Source of the DNA: a virus
Direction: 5' to 3' (one strand)
DNA: 64,000 bases
Virus record (IMG/VR): IMGVR_UViG_3300029319_008466
Location: 18,991 to 82,990 of that record
The notes below the pieces were generated by a model. The model made no database searches and was not told the origin of the DNA. It saw nothing but the letters and a program-made list of their open reading frames with translations. The position numbers and the translations under genes are program-made. The first letter of the stretch is position 1. Each line of letters opens with the position of its first letter. Positions 59,357 through 64,000 of the stretch are shown here, piece by piece.

Positions 59357-59766
59357 AAAAATCAGAATTAAAACAAGTTCTCAGACCTCTTATTAAAGAA
59401 TGTATTAAAGAGGTGATATTTGAAGAAGGTGTTTTATCTAATATTGTTTCCGAGGTGGCACAAGGATTGGGAGGGCAGACTATCGTAGAGACGAAACAAG
59501 CACAGCCCGTTCAAAAAAGAGACTATGCAAAAGAAAATCTAGCCGCCACGCAAAAGCTTCAAGAAACAAGAAAACGAATGTTGGACGCAATTGGGGCAGA
59601 CTCTTATAACGGGGTCGATTTATTTGCTGGTACTACGCCCACAAGAGCCCCTGTTGAGAGCAAACAAGGTGATCCTCTTTCTGGTGTAGATCCTAGAGAT
59701 GCTGGGGTCGATCTCGAAAAACTTTTTGGAGGGGCTAGTAAAAACTGGTCACATATAATTAAATGA
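59353..59766 (+). CDS. Hypothetical head-module protein
   Basis: MKKSELKQVLRPLIKECIKEVIFEEG N-terminus; ATGA coupling on both sides. Confidence 0.65.
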   Translation: MKKSELKQVLRPLIKECIKEVIFEEGVLSNIVSEVAQGLGGQTIVETKQAQPVQKRDYAKENLAATQKLQETRKRMLDAIGADSYNGVDLFAGTTPTRAPVESKQGDPLSGVDPRDAGVDLEKLFGGASKNWSHIIK

Positions 59767-59990
59767 GCAGAGCAGTCAATCTAACCATAAAACCGTTAAA
59801 AAATAGAAAGGGAAGGTCGCCAGATTCTCCCGAAAGTATGATTCGTAGATTTATTAGGAAGTCTAAAAAGGCAGGAATTCTTGATGAAGCCAAGAAAAGA
59901 AAATATTATAAAAAGCCATCTCAAATAAAAAGAGAGAAGGCTATTCGTAGAAAAAGAGAATTAGCAAAATTAGAGAGAAAAAAGAGATAA
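59763..59990 (+). CDS. rpsU: Phage-encoded ribosomal protein bS21
   Basis: 75 aa basic protein; ESMIRRFIRKSKKAGILDEAKKRKYYKKPSQIKR matches the bS21 pattern (LRRFKR..KAG...E.R.R.FYEKP). Confidence 0.88.
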   Translation: MSRAVNLTIKPLKNRKGRSPDSPESMIRRFIRKSKKAGILDEAKKRKYYKKPSQIKREKAIRRKRELAKLERKKR

Positions 59991-59997
59991 TTAGATA

Positions 59998-60004
59998 CTA
60001 ATTA
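59998..60004 (+). promoter_or_regulatory. Putative late promoter motif CTAATTA
   Basis: Recurrent intergenic motif followed by GGGAG SD. Confidence 0.55.
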
Positions 60005-60031
60005 TAGAGAAAAAGTGGGAGTTTAGTACAT

Positions 60032-60463
60032 ATGGGACAAGATCCTTTTAACAGATATAAAGCAGGCATACACAACGTTGGCTCTTATCAGGTAGCGGGA
60101 ATTCCGTGGATTACTGGATCAGCAGCGTTAAAAAGAGGTCAAGAGGTTAAATATAGATTTCCTAAAGTTACAAAATCTATAACAGTTATTAATCGAAGCG
60201 CGGCAGATATTAGAGTTCATTTTCATACTACCGGCGCTGTTCATCCTTCTGGAGTGATGACTGGCTCTCATTTTGTTCTTATGGATTCTAAAGAAGATTC
60301 TTATACTTTTAATGTAAAAGCGAGTGAAATTTACGTTACTGCGCCCCATGATAATGCCAGCGACGACGCCAGTTTTACAATTATAGCCGAATTGACTGGA
60401 ATTGAAATCCCCACCGGATTTAACCTAACTGGCTCTGGTATTTCATCGCTGGATGGAACATAG
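60032..60463 (+). CDS. Hypothetical virion protein (beta-rich)
   Basis: GIHNVGSYQVAGIPWITGS N-terminus; follows a late motif. Confidence 0.55.
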   Translation: MGQDPFNRYKAGIHNVGSYQVAGIPWITGSAALKRGQEVKYRFPKVTKSITVINRSAADIRVHFHTTGAVHPSGVMTGSHFVLMDSKEDSYTFNVKASEIYVTAPHDNASDDASFTIIAELTGIEIPTGFNLTGSGISSLDGT

Positions 60464-60475
60464 GGGCTAGTAATA

Positions 60476-62239
60476 ATGGGCTATCAAGGAAGCAATTTTG
60501 AACCAGGAATGGTGCCAGAAAGTGGCACTATCGCAGGCCCTGGAAGCTATGTCGCACTCAATGACGGTGACGAATTTATTTTAACCTCCGCTGGCGGTGG
60601 TGACACCGATCCAGGCGGCTCAAACACACAAGTTCAATTTAATGACAGCGATGAGTTTGGTGGCGACAGCGGCTTTACATACAACAAAACATCAAACACT
60701 GTGATGATTACAGGCAGCCTTCGCCTAACTGGTTCAGAGGCACCAATATTAGTAATTGAAAAAGCACCGGGAGACACTACTAAAGAAATTGTTTTTGTAG
60801 AAGAGGGAGTAGAACAGGGCGGCATTTACTTTAATAATAGCGATCATCTTTTTGTAAGAAATGAAAATAACGCCAAAGATATTATTCTTCGAATAGAGAA
60901 CTCTTCAAATGCTGGAAGAAACTTGGTTCGACTTGATGGTGAGAGTGAAGCTGTTATCGTGGGTTTTGCAAATGCTAAAACCGCAGCGACAAACAATTGT
61001 ATTCTTGATGTTGATGGAAACACTATAATAACTGGTTCATTACAAACAACCGACTTTGTTTCTGCTTCTACTGAGGTCTTTGGAGGAGATTTAAGAACAA
61101 GCGGCAATGCTTCTATAACTGGAAGTATGACATCTAATAACATTGTTGTTAATGGCGGCGGTGTTACAAACGGTGCAACAGTTTCGGTTACAGCAAACGA
61201 TACGCTCACTACCGGACAAGCTTTATATATTGACCACGATGACGCTGCTACTACTGCGGTTGGTCCCGCCAGCATCAGAGTTGATTTTGATAAAGATGGC
61301 GTCATGGGTAATAGCCAAGCTGCTACCTATAAGGGTATAGCCGTTGATATGGCAGATGCTGCGACCAATCACGCAGGATCAACAGTAAACATGCTTGGTG
61401 TGGATATTGGACTTTCGTCAGATAACCCCCAAGGCACTCTTACAAATATTGCTGCTAATCTTTCAAGTTCGGGAGCAGATAACAACTTTGGTCTTAGGAT
61501 TATAACCGATGATGCGGAAGGCAGTGCGGATATTAAAATGGACTCCTCACTAGACGGTAATGACTATGCGACTATTGCCGTTCAAGAGCATGGTGCTTTA
61601 TCAATAACCACTGTAGATGGCGGCGCTGCGGCAGCGAATATTGAAATTGAAGCAGATGGCAATATTGAAATGGAGACAGTGGCAGGCGGCCAATTCGATT
61701 TAGAGTCCAACAACGCTAACGGTCCTGGCACCGGATGGAATACTTCGGGCATGGTCTCATCTAAGGTTGCAAACATCAATGGCGAGATAGTGACCACTAT
61801 CCTTGTAGACATACAAGGGACCAGGGGTTATGATGGTACCAATGCTGACGGTCGCGTTATCGGAAGAGACGGGCAAAGCAATGCCTACTTAACCAGAGTC
61901 CAACAGGCTATAAATGGCTATGTTTACAGAATTGAATTTAGTTGCATAGAAGAGCCAAATGCCTCCTCTAATCCGCAGAAAAATATTGTTCTTTCCGCCG
62001 ACGACACAGCCCGCGCTCAAGGAGTCGATGGCAGCAGCTATGACCATCTGGTTGATTTAAATAACAACTGGGCACGAGGAACAAGCAAATCTTCTGCCGA
62101 TGGCGCTACGTTTGGAAATGGTTTAGATGATGATTATCTTTATTTAACTAATGGATCAAGCGCTGGCGACGATAATGACTACACTGCTGGAAAATTTGTC
62201 ATTAAGCTGTACGGTGCAAACTTCACTGGTCAGGGCTAA
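60476..62239 (+). CDS. Fibre/spike-like virion protein (587 aa)
   Basis: GGSNTQVQFNDSDEFGGDSGFTY fibre-type motif; G/S/T/D/N-rich beta repeats. Confidence 0.6.
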   Translation: MGYQGSNFEPGMVPESGTIAGPGSYVALNDGDEFILTSAGGGDTDPGGSNTQVQFNDSDEFGGDSGFTYNKTSNTVMITGSLRLTGSEAPILVIEKAPGDTTKEIVFVEEGVEQGGIYFNNSDHLFVRNENNAKDIILRIENSSNAGRNLVRLDGESEAVIVGFANAKTAATNNCILDVDGNTIITGSLQTTDFVSASTEVFGGDLRTSGNASITGSMTSNNIVVNGGGVTNGATVSVTANDTLTTGQALYIDHDDAATTAVGPASIRVDFDKDGVMGNSQAATYKGIAVDMADAATNHAGSTVNMLGVDIGLSSDNPQGTLTNIAANLSSSGADNNFGLRIITDDAEGSADIKMDSSLDGNDYATIAVQEHGALSITTVDGGAAAANIEIEADGNIEMETVAGGQFDLESNNANGPGTGWNTSGMVSSKVANINGEIVTTILVDIQGTRGYDGTNADGRVIGRDGQSNAYLTRVQQAINGYVYRIEFSCIEEPNASSNPQKNIVLSADDTARAQGVDGSSYDHLVDLNNNWARGTSKSSADGATFGNGLDDDYLYLTNGSSAGDDNDYTAGKFVIKLYGANFTGQG

Positions 62240-62289
62240 TAGATAACAGATAATCTTAAAATAAGACTTTCTTTATTGTTAGTTCCCTC

Positions 62290-62296
62290 CTATTTA
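62290..62296 (+). promoter_or_regulatory. Putative late promoter motif CTATTTA inside a potential SD-sequestering stem
   Basis: Motif flanked by AGTTCCCT (62281-88) and AGGGAGCT (62316-23). Confidence 0.55.
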
Positions 62297-62332
62297 TAAT
62301 GAACAACCATACTTAAGGGAGCTTGATTATAG

Positions 62333-64000
62333 ATGGGTGAATTTTCATGGGCATATGTTGAGGGCGCTGGATCTACGGCAAGCGGACCTACAGGGTCTCT
62401 TCAATTTCGGGCTGGTGACGATAGAGGGCAGCCCACGCTAACCGGTAGTTCCAGATTAATCTTTAATACGGCTTCTCAGGATCACGCCCTCACACTTACC
62501 GGCTCATTTAATATTAGTGGCAACTTAAATGTTGCTGGCAACATTACTACAATTTCTGCAAGTAATTTGTCAATACAAGATTCAATAATTGGTCTTGGGT
62601 TCGGTACGGGAAGTAACCACACAGGTGTAGCTGGTGATCGCGGGTTTGTCTTTGGAATTACCGGCAACGAAAACAAAGCGCTTTTTTGGGATCAAACATC
62701 TGGTTCTTTTGTTGTAGGGAAAGTTGTATCACAAGCCCCTCACGCTTTGTCGCTTGATGTGTCTGAGGCAAATCTTAGCACCTTTAAAGCGGGCGGTGTC
62801 ATGGTATCTGGTGCAACTGGAGTTCGCGTAGATCGTGGGCCACTTTCCGCTTCTGGTCGTGGTTATTTTACAGATGTTGTGCAAATGGCAGGCACTCTTA
62901 ATGTTTCTGGCTCCGCAAGATTCCTTTCGCAAATAACTGCTTCAAGCTTAAATGCACATGGTGATATTAAGGCTACCGGGTCTTTTTCTGGGTCCGGTGC
63001 TATCTTTACAGATGATGTGCAAATAGCAGATAGCCTACACGTCTCGGGCGCAACTTTAATCGGTCATGGTCTAGCCCCAGTTGCAGGAAGTTCACATCAA
63101 GTAACGGGCGCTATTTATGTTACCTCAAGTCAGGCAAGTCATTTTTCTGGATCACTTGATGTTGTCGGAGGCATTACAGCAACTTCTGGATTTTCTGGCT
63201 CAACCGCCATCTTTACAGATGATGTGCAAATGGCTGATGATCTTGGCGTTTCCGGTTCTTCAAAATTTGTTGGGTTTGTTTCTGCTTCTAATGAGATTTT
63301 TGGATACTCTATTAGGACAAGCGGAGACATCGCATCTTCAGGATCCATTATTTTAAATGACGGTGGTTCACTAAAAGAGGGCGGTGGCACCGCAGCATTT
63401 ACATTTGACGACAGTGGACACGTTACAAAAATTGGACAAGGCTCTCCATCAAGCAATGATGTTTTGAAATGGGATGGTTCTAAGTGGGCACCCGCAGCAG
63501 ATGCGACTACTACTATTTCAAATGATGCTGATAACAGAATTACAACCGCCAAGGGAGATGGTGACTTAAACGCTGAAGCCAATGCAACATTTGATGGAAG
63601 TGAGTTGAGAATTATTGGTCGCATGTCAGGCACGAGCTTAAATGCACATGGTGACATTAAGGCTACCGGATCTTTCTCCGGCTCAGGTGCTATCTTTACA
63701 AACAATGTACAAATGGCAAGCACTCTTAATGTTTCTGGTTCTGCAAGATTCCTTTCGCAAATAACTGCTTCAAGCTTAAATGCACATGGCGACATTAAGA
63801 CTACCGGATCTTTCTCCGGCTCAGGTGCTATCTTTACAGATGATGTTATAATGGCAGATAGCCTACACGTCTCGGGCGCAACTTTAATCGGTCATGGTCT
63901 AGCCCCAGTTGCAGGAAGCTCGCATCAAGTAACGGGCGCTATTTATGTTACCTCAAGTCAGGCAAGTCATTTTTCTGGATCACTTGATGTTGTCGGAGGT
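62333..64000 (+). CDS. Tail-fibre-like repetitive protein (3'-truncated; missing from the ORF track)
   Basis: ATG 62333 after AAGGGAG; frame MGEFSWAYVEG.. appears open to the window end; repeats of the type TGSFSGSGAIFTDDVQMA. Confidence 0.8.
   Translation, partial: MGEFSWAYVEGAGSTASGPTGSLQFRAGDDRGQPTLTGSSRLIFNTASQDHALTLTGSFNISGNLNVAGNITTISASNLSIQDSIIGLGFGTGSNHTGVAGDRGFVFGITGNENKALFWDQTSGSFVVGKVVSQAPHALSLDVSEANLSTFKAGGVMVSGATGVRVDRGPLSASGRGYFTDVVQMAGTLNVSGSARFLSQITASSLNAHGDIKATGSFSGSGAIFTDDVQIADSLHVSGATLIGHGLAPVAGSSHQVTGAIYVTSSQASHFSGSLDVVGGITATSGFSGSTAIFTDDVQMADDLGVSGSSKFVGFVSASNEIFGYSIRTSGDIASSGSIILNDGGSLKEGGGTAAFTFDDSGHVTKIGQGSPSSNDVLKWDGSKWAPAADATTTISNDADNRITTAKGDGDLNAEANATFDGSELRIIGRMSGTSLNAHGDIKATGSFSGSGAIFTNNVQMASTLNVSGSARFLSQITASSLNAHGDIKTTGSFSGSGAIFTDDVIMADSLHVSGATLIGHGLAPVAGSSHQVTGAIYVTSSQASHFSGSLDVVGG
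62893..63999 (+). repeat. In-frame direct repeat of ~280 bp (62893-63171 and 63721-63999, offset 828 bp) plus an extra 66-bp subunit at 63635-63700
   Basis: Direct comparison of the copies; differences are mostly synonymous. Confidence 0.9.

Noticed and set aside
63139-63795. 218-aa minus-strand ORF, and the other short antisense ORFs in the track
   Set aside because: Shadows of + strand genes; no SD, no motifs and no independent minus-strand transcription signals seen
62893-63999. Diversity-generating retroelement TR/VR pair
   Set aside because: Mismatches are mostly synonymous C/T and G/A/C changes rather than adenine-specific, both copies are in frame in one gene, and there is no reverse transcriptase in the window
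1-64000. Stop-codon reassignment, as seen in some large phages
   Set aside because: Code 11 gives full-length, tightly packed genes, and TAA, TGA and TAG all occur as true stops at gene junctions
1-64000. tRNA or other structured RNA genes
   Set aside because: Intergenic gaps are at most ~100 bp and none shows a cloverleaf or T-loop signature by eye; tRNAscan/Infernal were not run

Overview
The window looks like part of a large, probably lytic, T4-like (myovirus-type) dsDNA phage genome. It uses the standard genetic code, and every credible gene is on the + strand, densely packed and often translationally coupled. 1-13.0 kb is a ~17-gene nucleotide-sugar/glycan cluster: SDRs, SAM and B12/radical-SAM methyltransferases, a GT10-like glycosyltransferase, RmlC, a truncated ThDP alpha/beta pair, a ColD-type 3-dehydratase, GMD and split HldE domains. 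It runs without a break into a gp55-like late sigma factor. 14.9-46.8 kb is a baseplate/tail module: split gp5-like hub with an alpha/beta-hydrolase and an M15 peptidase, gp25, gp6/baseplate J, and 1776 aa and 3101 aa proteins. 46.8-51.5 kb holds a RuvC-like resolvase, a primase behind a perfect sigma70 promoter and a single-chain SbcD-SbcC (Mre11-Rad50) fusion. 51.5-60 kb holds holin/spanin-like genes, TerL, portal, prohead protease and ribosomal protein bS21. 60-64 kb holds fibre-like proteins, the last one repetitive and truncated. The most notable signals are: (i) an unannotated 20-aa peptide ending RRCCKGS and followed by a SECIS-like hairpin, between a CxxC membrane protein and the prohead protease; (ii) a probable pathway to a C4-branched 3,6-dideoxy sugar, alongside a subset of virion proteins dense in [ST]-[GAS]-[ST] motifs; (iii) a CTA(T/A)TTA late-promoter motif that defines both SD-led and apparently leaderless transcripts. 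All family calls come from motif recognition by eye; no database searches were run.
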